DNA of 64,000 bases from an uncultured Chthonomonadaceae bacterium (GTDB taxonomy: Bacteria > Armatimonadota > Chthonomonadetes > Chthonomonadales > Chthonomonadaceae). The stretch spans positions 128,001-192,000 of the forward strand of contig CAWIEK010000053.1 of NCBI GenBank assembly GCA_963835065.1. The letters are read 5' to 3'. Positions 53,147 to 62,662 of this stretch are shown piece after piece (within the stretch, counting starts at the first letter, position 1; every line of letters starts with the position of its first letter). The notes below the pieces were generated by a model. That model did no database searches, was not told where the DNA came from, and saw only the letters and a program-made list of their open reading frames with translations. The position numbers and the translations under genes were made by a program.

Positions 53147-53444
53147 GGTCACGGGCGCATCAAGGGGAGCGCAGGCAAGGGCAAGTTCTTCCCGCGAGAA
53201 GGGCGTCAGGCCAATGGCTTCGGAAAGCGCGTCTTTGTGGCTGCGGAGGACGCGAAAGAAGTTGACGGCCTCGCGATCCAGATCGTTGTAGGTTTCCACG
53301 GGCGAAGGCGGACGGTTGAGCAGAACGGCTGCCGACCCGCCGAACACGTCGCAGAAGTGAGTTGTCTGCGGGAGCAGGGGCAGCAGCCAATCCAGATGAC
53401 TGTACTTCCCGCCATACCAAGCCAAACGCGATCATCTTTTCCAT
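53147..53444 (-). pseudogene. Truncated Dam-like (D12 class) adenine methyltransferase
   Basis: WYGGK, DVFGGSAAVLLN, ETYNDLD; only about 100 aa, no DPPY motif; frameshift near 53421. Confidence 0.8.
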
Positions 53445-53486
53445 GCAACCACTATTCACCAAGAAAAATATTACTTGCAATTGTAC

Positions 53487-54161
53487 TTAAGGAGCTAGAG
53501 CCGTACATAACTCCTGAATACGAGTAGTATTGCCGCCAACTTCACGTTGAATAGCGGAAATCATATCTTCGGAAGACATACCTCTGTTCGGAATATTGCG
53601 AAGCCAATCAAGTCTATTGATGATACGAGTTTTCTCAGTTTCACCAAGTTCCTGCAACAAATATATGCAGGCATCCACGTGAAATTCATGATTTCTAGGT
53701 GCTGGGCTTTGTTGTATTTGAGCCAACAAATAAGATTTTAGATTCTCCGATAACCCTTGACCGCTCCCCCTAACATCGGCCTTATGAATTCGGACCAGCC
53801 AAGGCATACTTTTAACTTCAGGCCAGTTCCCATCAACGGGTACAGGAATGAAATTACGTCCCGCCCGCAAAGAGTGTGCTACTTCTCGTCTGCAATAATC
53901 ACTATTGAAGTATGAGTGAGTGGCAAGACAAATGAAATGGGTTGCTTGGCTCGCCGCAGGTAGAAACACATTCTCGAAAGAGACACCAGGAGGTATCTCA
54001 CTGTTATCAAGAAAAACTCGTTGCCCCACGGCACGTAAGGTGTCGTACAAGTCCTTTGTAAGTTGATCCGCTTCTCCATGACGATAGGAGAGGAATATGT
54101 CGTATGGTTCTGTTGCTTGATTGGGATTGAAAACAATGTTTTCCGAGGCGCGATCTGTCAT
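53487..54161 (-). CDS. TIR domain protein (possibly the C-terminal part of a TM-TIR fusion)
   Basis: YDIFLSYRH, RVFLD, SYFNSDYCRREV with catalytic-position Glu; own RBS aaggag. Confidence 0.85.
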   Translation of the reverse strand: MTDRASENIVFNPNQATEPYDIFLSYRHGEADQLTKDLYDTLRAVGQRVFLDNSEIPPGVSFENVFLPAASQATHFICLATHSYFNSDYCRREVAHSLRAGRNFIPVPVDGNWPEVKSMPWLVRIHKADVRGSGQGLSENLKSYLLAQIQQSPAPRNHEFHVDACIYLLQELGETEKTRIINRLDWLRNIPNRGMSSEDMISAIQREVGGNTTRIQELCTALAP

Positions 54162-54998
54162 ACTATCTCCTTCAGGTACACGAGGCGAACCGATTATTAT
54201 ATCGTATAACCACACATAGACTTTAACAACAAACTCAATAATTGTCCAGAATTTCCAGGGTACAACCTTGTTATCTTGGGCAGGGCGGCAACGGAGGAAA
54301 TTTACGAAAAAGTACGTAAATATTAATTTCATAATCGAAAAACTCACACGCATCCAATCAGACATAGCATTATCAGTGCCAAAATGAACTCCTATAGTAT
54401 AATGAATAGAGTCTAAAAGTTCAAAACAAGAGTATGCAAGAAGTACAACTTTTAATGTCGCATTGACTACTTGGTGTTTGGCGTCGTTTGTTTGATAAAG
54501 TTGAACAAGACCTGCACCAGTTTTCCAGTAGCCAAAAACAGTCGTTATAAAGCCTGTCCACTCACATCAATATTCGCTGAACTTCTCGCCTGGAATCCAT
54601 TTCTCAGTTGATGCATTAGATATGCTACCAGCCAATGTAAGAATTGCAAGGAAAATGAACGCTCCAACATCAATTGGTGCGATGCTGTTCGCTAAGGTAC
54701 CACTTTGTTCTTCTTCCGCCTCACGGCTCAAAAGAACACCTATGTATATTAGTAAGTAACCTCCGAACGCAGGTATGAGTTCGGCAGATGCTGGTCTCTT
54801 AATCTGAAAAAGTATGGTGTCGTAATATACTACCAATAAGGCGTAATGGAGAGCAAAAAGAGCAAAAGCGGTGACAATCCTTGATTTTCTATTAGGTTTA
54901 GGTATTACAACCGCTCCCCACATAGTAAGGAGGACACATATAACGCAAGAAAGCCATCCGAAAGTGGTCGAATAATGAATTGCATTGCGGCTATCCAT
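54162..54998 (-). pseudogene. Multi-pass (about 7 TM) membrane protein with internal TGA, in frame with TIR
   Basis: Frame stays open after TGA 54569-54567 (CEWTGFITTVFGYW...) and runs into the TIR start without another stop. Confidence 0.6.
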
Positions 54999-55370
54999 TG
55001 TTTATATACCTTAGAAGCAGAATATGCATGAAGACATACTATTGCATTGCTAATGCTGTGCTTGTCAATCGGTCATTGCTATAGCGCGAAGCACTAGCTT
55101 CGACAATAAACAATCGGATATACTACAAAAAAATACCCAGATCGTAATGTATAACATAGATATTAAAGACATACATGGCAAAATCTGAACTATTGTCTTC
55201 AGCATAGCCTCCAGTAGTCTAAATTGTGTGTACATTGAGACGCAAGCTTACTGCGCAAAGCCTTCGTCGTCTTCATCAAGAAATTCCACGTACAACTGCC
55301 GGTTTCCTTCCCATTGCATAACGAAATTTGAAAAATTTTCAAAAACTTTATGGACGTATGCCTTTACGGT

Positions 55371-56903
55371 CTACAAGTAAGATGCTTCACTATGTTCGAA
55401 CAAACGTAACGAAACAAAGCCCGCTTCCTGCAGAGCCTCTACGGAAATCGGCAGTGACTCTAAAGCGCGAGGTTCCACTTTGATGGCCCCGGAACCGTAG
55501 GATTTGCCGACACACGCGAGATTGGCAAGCACGGAAGGGTGCTGCAGCAGACGCCATACGCGGCTGATGGTTTCCGGGTCGTCTTGGCGTGGATAGACGC
55601 ACAGGAAACTGGTGAGCGGGAGAACATTGGCCTCGTTGCGGATAAAGCGCACGTTGCGGCGGCCTAAATACGCGAACAGGAATGGAGGTACGCGCCGTTT
55701 TTCCATGCTGTACCAGGGCTTGCGCTGGCTGATGAGAGCGCGTTGCGGCAGTCCGCGTTTTTCGCCTTCCAGCAAATACGCCTGAACCGAAGCCGGAAAA
55801 TCCTCTAGCGGGCGGGCATCCGGCGCAAACAGCAGAGTGGGCCGGCCTTCCTGTTCCAGTTGTTCCCAATCGTCGGGCGTGAAAACTTCCATTGTCACAT
55901 CACGGGTACGCCCGACCGCAGGCCGCAGGAACGCTTCGGGTATCTGTAATTCTTGTGCCTGCGCGCGGGTCAGGAAAAAGAATTCGTTGTCTCCTGTCGC
56001 TATGCCGCGCATTACGGCGCAGAAGTCGCCTAAGCGGGGGCAGCTCTCGTTATGGATACGCGGTACGCGGGAAAAACCGGTTTGCAAGCCTTCCGTTAGA
56101 AGCCGTGAATGGACGGAAATATCGGCGCGAGTTTCCGGCGGCAGGCCGTCCACAATCCAGTTTCGCAGGGCATCCGTCCACGCTTCCTGCACCTGCACCC
56201 ACAGAAACATGGGACGCGGTTCCGCCTTGCGTATCAGGAAGACAAGCGCGTTTGTGTCCACGCCGGGAAATGGAGAGGCTTGGGGTTCAAATGTAATCAC
56301 CGCATCCAAGCAGTAGTTTGTGGTAATCCACTGCCACAACGGACTGGCCGATTTCCCCTCGCACACATCGGCAGGCAGAATGAACGCCAGCCGTCCGCCG
56401 TCACGCAGCAGCGTGAGCGCCCGCAGCAGAAAATACACATGCAGCCCGGCGCGTCCGTCAAGCGCTTTGCCGAGCATTTGTTGACACCATGTTTTCAGCG
56501 TTTGTTTCGCGTCGAGGGAAAGCCGATGATGCCGAATGTAGGGCGGATTGGCAACAATGGCATTATACGTGTCATGGGGTGGATCAAACACAAAATCCCG
56601 AACTTCCACGCCCGCAAGGTCATTCTTAATTTGTTCGTCGCCGCTAGTTTTCCGCAGAATATCGGCGTCCAGTTCCGTTCCCATCAGCCGCACTTCGCGT
56701 CCCAACCGTTGTGCTTCCTGTTTGCCTGCCCGAAAGAACGCGCCCTCCCCAACTGCCGGATCGAACAGATGCTCGCTTCCTACTGCAAGAACATAAGCAG
56801 TCATTGCTTCCGCAACCCAGGCGGGCGTCCAGAACTGCCCCTTTTGCCGCAATACCTCTCGCGCTTCTCCCGTACCCGGCAGTTTTTGATGGTATATCGT
56901 CAT
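55371..56903 (-). CDS. N6-adenine DNA methyltransferase (type II, gamma order), no intact endonuclease
   Basis: GQFWTP, FDPAVGEGAF (motif I), IVANPPY (motif IV). Confidence 0.9.
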   Translation of the reverse strand: MTIYHQKLPGTGEAREVLRQKGQFWTPAWVAEAMTAYVLAVGSEHLFDPAVGEGAFFRAGKQEAQRLGREVRLMGTELDADILRKTSGDEQIKNDLAGVEVRDFVFDPPHDTYNAIVANPPYIRHHRLSLDAKQTLKTWCQQMLGKALDGRAGLHVYFLLRALTLLRDGGRLAFILPADVCEGKSASPLWQWITTNYCLDAVITFEPQASPFPGVDTNALVFLIRKAEPRPMFLWVQVQEAWTDALRNWIVDGLPPETRADISVHSRLLTEGLQTGFSRVPRIHNESCPRLGDFCAVMRGIATGDNEFFFLTRAQAQELQIPEAFLRPAVGRTRDVTMEVFTPDDWEQLEQEGRPTLLFAPDARPLEDFPASVQAYLLEGEKRGLPQRALISQRKPWYSMEKRRVPPFLFAYLGRRNVRFIRNEANVLPLTSFLCVYPRQDDPETISRVWRLLQHPSVLANLACVGKSYGSGAIKVEPRALESLPISVEALQEAGFVSLRLFEHSEASYL

Positions 56904-56989
56904 AAGCCGCGCGTTCCAAACTTACGCTCTTGTGCGCCAACGCTCAACGCTTTCCCTTCTGCAACTTTGCCGTTGTCGAACTGAAAATG

Positions 56990-57412
56990 TTAGCGAGTCC
57001 AGTCTTCCCACTTCAAACCAACAATGTTACGGAAATCGCGCTCGTTTTGCGTTATCAAGAGAGCGTCGTTTACCAAAGTGATCGCAGCAATTTTCAGGTC
57101 GGGAGAACTGATACGGCGGTGTTGTTTACGGAGTTCGTCGTAGCGCATAGCGGCTTCCGAATCAAATGGCAAGACAGAAAGGTTGCAGTAATTCTCTAAC
57201 TGTGCCAGCAAGCGAGCATACTGAATTACTTGCGGCGCGGTACTCTTTGTCGCTGCAATGGCTGCTGTCCACCCACGAATTTGTTCCTCATAGGAGATAA
57301 CGGTAACGTGAACATCGGACGCAGGAATGTTAGCGAGGCGAGTAAGAAGCCGCCCCGCTTCGGCATTACGCCGCTCCAAAATGCTGATAGGGTTCGTGTC
57401 AAGAATAACCAC
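56990..57412 (-). CDS. vapC: VapC-family PIN toxin
   Basis: ILDTN, ISYEE, DLKIAAI, TQNERDF. Confidence 0.9.
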   Translation of the reverse strand: MVILDTNPISILERRNAEAGRLLTRLANIPASDVHVTVISYEEQIRGWTAAIAATKSTAPQVIQYARLLAQLENYCNLSVLPFDSEAAMRYDELRKQHRRISSPDLKIAAITLVNDALLITQNERDFRNIVGLKWEDWTR

Positions 57413-57619
57413 TCAGAGTGTTTCCTCCTCGGCTTCGCCAACCTGCGATTCGCGCCACTCGCGCCCCAGGCGCATCGCTTCTTCGTAAAACGGGTCGTCC
57501 GAGAAGGTGCCGACAATGGCCTGCCAACCACGCTTTTCCCGCGCTGGCGGTTGCGCAAAGCGCTCCTCAAACTGGTGTTGCAACGTATCGAAGCGAGTTT
57601 CCAATGTGTGTAGTCTATC
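57413..57619 (-). CDS. Cognate antitoxin (VapB-like)
   Basis: Small acidic ORF abutting vapC; GWQAIVGTFSDDPFYEEAMRLGREWR. Confidence 0.7.
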   Translation of the reverse strand, partial: DRLHTLETRFDTLQHQFEERFAQPPAREKRGWQAIVGTFSDDPFYEEAMRLGREWRESQVGEAEEETL

Positions 57620-57785
57620 TTCTAGTGTTTCGGCTGCCATGTGGATATTCTCCTCGGTTCGCGCGCAGTTCCCTATCTGCTATCGTGACTATCTGAAAAA
57701 CGGTCTTACAAGGTTTATTATACCCGGCGTCTGATGCAGAGAAGAAAACAATCATGAGCGGCCTGCGACGGCGGCATGTGGGGCG

Positions 57786-59000
57786 CTATTGAAGAAGCGC
57801 GTAGGTTTCGCGGGCGATCTGGCGCTCTTCGTCGGTGGGAACGACCCACACACGCCTGCCGTCTCCCGTTCCCATAGCGGCGGGTTCCGGGCCGTTGATG
57901 TCTAAGTTGCGGACTTCGTCTAACCCAAAACCCATGAATTCTAAACCGGCGCAGATGCGTTGCCGCGTTTTGAAGGCGTGAGAGCCGATTTTGTCCGTGA
58001 AAATCAATGCGTCTGCGCCACCCATTGCCGCCGCGTATGCCCCGATGGTTTTGCGGATGCGATACGCGAAGGCTTCCAAAGCCAATTTTGCGTTTGGGTC
58101 GCCTTCATCCGCCGCTTTTTCCAAATCCCGCACATCGCTGCTGCGCCCGTTCGACAGGCCGAGCAAGCCGCTTTTTTTGTTGAGCAGGGTCGCCACCTCG
58201 TCGGCGCTCATGTTCAGGGCTTGCAGCAGGTAGAGAACGAGGCCGGGGTCTATATCGCCTGACCGCGTACCCATAATCAAGCCTTCCATCGGCGTAAAGC
58301 CCATGCTGGTATCCACGCTTTTGCCGTCGTGGACCGCGCACACGCTGGCTCCGCCGCCTAAATGACACAAAATCAGCCGCGTACCCGCCGCCTCCCGTCC
58401 CCATGCAAGCAAGGCGCGTTCGGTCACGTAAGCATAGGAGATGCCGTGAAAACCGTAGCGGCGCAGGTGATGCTGCTGCGCGAGGTCGTAGGGCAGGGCG
58501 TAGTGCGCGGTGACGGGCGGCAGGTCGTGGTGAAAGGCCGTATCGAACACGGCGACGTTGGGGATGTTGGGCAGGGCGCGTATCGCCGCTTCGATGCCCG
58601 CAATGCTGCCGGGCGTGTGCAGGGGAGCCAGGTTCGTCAGATCACGCAACTGCTGCAAAACCGTTTCGTCCACACGAACGGGCTGAACGAAATTCGGCCC
58701 GCCGTGTACCACGCGATGCCCCACCGCGTCAATACGAACCGTCTTGCCGCCATTGTGTTCCGGCGTGACGAGCAGGCGCAATGCCTGTTCCGCGGCAGAC
58801 GCCACATCCGGCGCGTCAATGGGTTTGCTCTGCTTGTCCGGCCCGATGGTCAGCTGCAAATGCGTATCCGGTACCCCAACCCGCTCGATTTCGCCAACCG
58901 CCAGAACGTTTTCCGGTTCCGTCAGCGGGCGCGGCGTTTCCATCGCGTACAGGCAAAATTTCAGGCTGGAACTGCCCGCATTGAGTACAAGAATGTTCAT
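57786..59000 (-). CDS. ackA: Acetate/propionate kinase
   Basis: LVLNAGSSSLKF, GHRVVHGG, VFDTAFH, RYGFHG, MGFTPMEG, MGTRSGD, TDEE. Confidence 0.92.
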   Translation of the reverse strand: MNILVLNAGSSSLKFCLYAMETPRPLTEPENVLAVGEIERVGVPDTHLQLTIGPDKQSKPIDAPDVASAAEQALRLLVTPEHNGGKTVRIDAVGHRVVHGGPNFVQPVRVDETVLQQLRDLTNLAPLHTPGSIAGIEAAIRALPNIPNVAVFDTAFHHDLPPVTAHYALPYDLAQQHHLRRYGFHGISYAYVTERALLAWGREAAGTRLILCHLGGGASVCAVHDGKSVDTSMGFTPMEGLIMGTRSGDIDPGLVLYLLQALNMSADEVATLLNKKSGLLGLSNGRSSDVRDLEKAADEGDPNAKLALEAFAYRIRKTIGAYAAAMGGADALIFTDKIGSHAFKTRQRICAGLEFMGFGLDEVRNLDINGPEPAAMGTGDGRRVWVVPTDEERQIARETYALLQ

Positions 59001-59137
59001 CTTACTCCATTTAGGGTGATGTCTATTAGCGGCGATAGACTGAACCCCTCTTACGCCGCTGTATACTGAGCAGTTGATAGTTGATAGTTCGTAGTTGATA
59101 GAGATGCAGAAACTACGAACTTGCAGCGTCTCTTCGC

Positions 59138-61657
59138 TCAGCGTTTTAATCGTACAATCGTGTAGGAATACGGGGCAACAGTCAGGCCGAACTGCTGACC
59201 GGCAGTTTCCAGTGTGGAATGGAGGCTGCGAATCTGCTCCGGCGCGTCCGGCGCGTTGACGGCTTTGAGATCGCCGCTTAATGTCCATATATCGGCGCGC
59301 GGCTGGACGTGTTCAAAATTGGCGAGGGTAATGTTGGCGCGTTGGGACGCGCTGCCGATGTTGACGATGTGCAGCGCGAGGGTTTTGCCGTCCTCGCTGC
59401 GCGTCGCGGTCACGTCTATATCCCCGTTTGTGTTTCCGAGCGGATTTCCCTCGGCGCTTTCGATGCGGCTTTCCACGCAGAGCGGCTGGTAATTAGTTGC
59501 CGCCATCTGCTGCGCGTAAAACGGCGGCATCCCCCATACCTTGTCGGGCGTGAAGAAGATTTGGCCCTGATCCCAGCCGTTGTCGTTTTGCTGCCAGGGC
59601 TGCAGGCAGTTGGCGGGGCAGTCCATGAGGACGAAATCGCCGTGACGTTGCGTGACGTTGAGGATGTGGGCGTGTCCGAGCGCGCGCTGCAAATCGTGGC
59701 GTCCGCCGTTTTCTTCGAAAATGCAGGCTTTCAGTTTGGTTCCGGGCGACCATGCTTGAAACAACTGCTGCATCTGCGTCAACTGCCGGTCTACGTTCGC
59801 GCCCTCATGCAGATCATCCCCGCCTACGTGAACATCCCACAGCGCGGCCTTATCCCCCAATTCCTGCACAATTTGTCTGCAAAACGGCTCATCGGGACGC
59901 CACCAGGCCGCGATTACGAACTGAAGGTTTGGGTCGCGTTGGCGCATGGCCGGATACAGCAGTTTGAAGCGTTCGAGGTAGCGGGCGTACCAGGCTTTAT
60001 CGCCGTCAATGGCTTCCTCGTTGCCGATTTCGATGGCGCGGACGTTGTAGGGGCGCGGGTGTCCGTTTTGGGCGCGCACTTTCCCCCATCGGGACGTGGC
60101 CGGTCCGTTGAGATACTCCACCATATCTGATGCGTCTTCGGGCGTTTCGTCAATGTTGATGGCAAAGGCGGGTTCGATATGCGCGGCCTCGCAAAACTGT
60201 AGGAATTCTTCGATGCCGAACCCGTTTGTCGAATGGGGATTCCACCAGCCTTTCACCTGCATGCGCCTGTCGCGGGGACCAAGCATCCATTTCCAGCGGT
60301 ACGTAGGCGCGTTTACCATCGAGCCGCCGTAGCGCAGGAACGTCAAGCCTTGTTTGACCATTACGTTCGCTATGTCGGCGCGGATGGGCAGGCTATGAAA
60401 CAAATCAGCCCCGGTTGGCATGAGTTCTACGTAATCTATCCACAGCGTTCCCGGCTTGTCAATCCACAGGGCAAAACGGGCGCGCGGGTCGGAAGCGTCC
60501 GCGCGCAGGGTAAATTCATAGCGCGTCCAGGCCGAACTCGCCCCCTGCGAACTGCTGAACGGAAGTTCCTGCCGGGCATACGTATGCTTGCCGTCCGCGC
60601 TTTGCAGGGCAGCGGTGACGTGTCCCGTAAGGTTCTGCCGCCGCAGATAAACGTACCCCGTAAATAACTGCCCCTTGCGGACGGCAATGCCCCACCGGTT
60701 CAGGCCGGAATTGGCAACGCCGACAACGCCTTCCCCCTCGCCGCGCTCGATACGCTGCGAATAGCCGTTATTGTAGGCGAACTTGTGATCCCATGTATAA
60801 TGCGCGGGCGCGTTTCCCGTTTGCAGCTTGTCCCACATACCGCTGAGGGTGTCGCTATTGCTGTCTGCCGCCGCCTGCTGAAGCGTATCCGTCGTTTTGC
60901 CCTGCGCGGTTGCGATGCTGAGATTGCGAAAAGCGGCGTTGGTGTTCCAGGTGCGCAGGCCGACTTTTCCCGTTAAAATAGCCTCTGCGCCTTCCGTGTA
61001 TTCCAATTGCGGCTGTGGCGCGTTATCCAGCGTAATGCGCAGGGTGGCTCCACTCAGTTCCACGCGCAAATGATGCCATTTTTGGGGCTGAATGTCGGCG
61101 GGAACCACTTTGAGCAGATGCCAGTCGTCGCGGTGTCGGTGCAGGGCAAGATTGCGGTCACTGGCGCTCAGGCTGATCTCGTACCCCGTCCACGTATCCG
61201 CGCCGACACGGGGATTGCTGACGCGAACGAGCAGCGCGGCATTTCCGGCTTTGGCGTCCGCAAACTGCAAATCGCACTCCACAACCCCGTCCCGCATTTC
61301 CCCGTCACCGCGCACCAGTTTCGCGCCCGCGTCGGCATCCACGCGCAGGGCATTGTCCTGAACCTGCCACTGCCCGCCATACGCCGTCCAGTTTGCAAGC
61401 GGGCTGCGGGTAAGGGGCGGCTCCTCAAAACTTTCGCCAAAAATCAACTGCGCGTACAAGCCGCCATAAATCTCATGGTTCACGTCTTCAATGCAAGAAC
61501 CCGTCATCCAGGACGTAATATGGTTCGTCACCTTGTCGGCGTTGACATGTATATTTAAAGGTTTTGATGTCTGCCCAACCGTCCTATTCGCGCTGACCAG
61601 CAGCAGGAACATGACAAGAAGAACCCCTATTCTTGACGTACACCCTTCATCCTTCAT
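59138..61657 (-). CDS. GH51-like alpha-L-arabinofuranosidase with inserted DUF1080-like domain (start uncertain)
   Basis: EDVNHEIYGGLYAQL, LRYGG, FGIEEF, EIGNE; WHHLRV...GKVGL insert. Confidence 0.8.
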   Translation of the reverse strand: MKDEGCTSRIGVLLVMFLLLVSANRTVGQTSKPLNIHVNADKVTNHITSWMTGSCIEDVNHEIYGGLYAQLIFGESFEEPPLTRSPLANWTAYGGQWQVQDNALRVDADAGAKLVRGDGEMRDGVVECDLQFADAKAGNAALLVRVSNPRVGADTWTGYEISLSASDRNLALHRHRDDWHLLKVVPADIQPQKWHHLRVELSGATLRITLDNAPQPQLEYTEGAEAILTGKVGLRTWNTNAAFRNLSIATAQGKTTDTLQQAAADSNSDTLSGMWDKLQTGNAPAHYTWDHKFAYNNGYSQRIERGEGEGVVGVANSGLNRWGIAVRKGQLFTGYVYLRRQNLTGHVTAALQSADGKHTYARQELPFSSSQGASSAWTRYEFTLRADASDPRARFALWIDKPGTLWIDYVELMPTGADLFHSLPIRADIANVMVKQGLTFLRYGGSMVNAPTYRWKWMLGPRDRRMQVKGWWNPHSTNGFGIEEFLQFCEAAHIEPAFAINIDETPEDASDMVEYLNGPATSRWGKVRAQNGHPRPYNVRAIEIGNEEAIDGDKAWYARYLERFKLLYPAMRQRDPNLQFVIAAWWRPDEPFCRQIVQELGDKAALWDVHVGGDDLHEGANVDRQLTQMQQLFQAWSPGTKLKACIFEENGGRHDLQRALGHAHILNVTQRHGDFVLMDCPANCLQPWQQNDNGWDQGQIFFTPDKVWGMPPFYAQQMAATNYQPLCVESRIESAEGNPLGNTNGDIDVTATRSEDGKTLALHIVNIGSASQRANITLANFEHVQPRADIWTLSGDLKAVNAPDAPEQIRSLHSTLETAGQQFGLTVAPYSYTIVRLKR

Positions 61658-61676
61658 CCTTCATCCTTCCTCCTTT

Positions 61677-62486
61677 TCAGGAGTGCATCACCTGCCCGCC
61701 GTCCACGTTGAGCGTTTGCCCGGTGATGTTTTTGGCGTGGGGCGAAGCGAGATAAACCGCCATTGCCGCGATTTCCTGCGGTTCCTGCCATTGGCCGAGC
61801 GGCGCGACCTGCCGCACTTTGGCCGCTCCCCACGCTTCGTAATCCCGTTGGTTTTCGGGCGATTGCCGCGCGTTCCATGCCTGCCATACGGAACGGTTCA
61901 AAGCGGTCTGCACCATGCCGGGACAGATGACATTGACGCGGACGCCATAGGGAGCCAAATCTTTGGCGGCGCATTGCGCGAAGTTGATAACCCCGGCTTT
62001 GGCCGCGCTGTACGGTGGGTCGGTTTGCGAACCGATCTGTCCCGCAATAGAAGCGAGAAACAGCATTGTGCCGTTTCGGTTCTTTGCCATTTCGGGCGCA
62101 AACGCATGGGCGGCATGAACAACGCCAAGCAGGTTGATTTCCAGTACGCGCCCCCAATCCGCCGGTTCCAGATTCCAGAAGGGAAACCCGAACTTGCCGG
62201 AACCTCGTCCTGCCGCGTAAATCAGATGTTCGCACGTTCCAAGCGCGGATTGAATGGTTTGCGCGGCGCTTTGCACGGCGGCATAATCCGTCGCGTCCAC
62301 CTGCAAGCCGAGCGTTTGTACGCCGTATGCCGCTGCCGTTTCCGCCGCTGTTGTTTCCACCCCCGGCGCAATATCCAGCAAAGCCACATTCGCGCCCTCA
62401 GCCGCGAACGCTTCCGCGATTGCCCGGCCCATTCCCTGCGCCGCGCCGATAACAACGGCGGTCTGTCCTTCCAGTTGTAAGTTCAT
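61677..62486 (-). CDS. SDR family oxidoreductase
   Basis: GAAQGMG, YSAAK, VRVNVICPG, ITGQTLNVDGG. Confidence 0.92.
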   Translation of the reverse strand: MNLQLEGQTAVVIGAAQGMGRAIAEAFAAEGANVALLDIAPGVETTAAETAAAYGVQTLGLQVDATDYAAVQSAAQTIQSALGTCEHLIYAAGRGSGKFGFPFWNLEPADWGRVLEINLLGVVHAAHAFAPEMAKNRNGTMLFLASIAGQIGSQTDPPYSAAKAGVINFAQCAAKDLAPYGVRVNVICPGMVQTALNRSVWQAWNARQSPENQRDYEAWGAAKVRQVAPLGQWQEPQEIAAMAVYLASPHAKNITGQTLNVDGGQVMHS

Positions 62487-62507
62487 AATTGTGTTCAGTT
62501 ATAGTTA

Positions 62508-62659
62508 TTCACCACCAAGCCGCCAAGAACACCAAGAAGAAGAAAAGAAGAAAAGAAGAAGAGGAGAAAAGAGGCCGTTTATATTCGGCAAGCTGCATTA
62601 CAGTAAACCTCGTTGTTCTCTCTTGTCTTTCTTGGTGTTCTTGGCGGCTTGGTGGTGAA
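62508..62659. repeat. Perfect 31-bp inverted repeat
   Basis: ttcaccaccaagccgccaagaacaccaagaa (62508-62538) and its reverse complement (62629-62659). Confidence 0.88.
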
Positions 62660-62662
62660 AAA

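Noticed and set aside
54300..54365. Rhodopsin-like retinal Lys in helix 7 (FSIMKL) of the TM-TIR protein
   Set aside because: Spacing does not fit DxxxK or SxxxK and no other rhodopsin motifs were recognised
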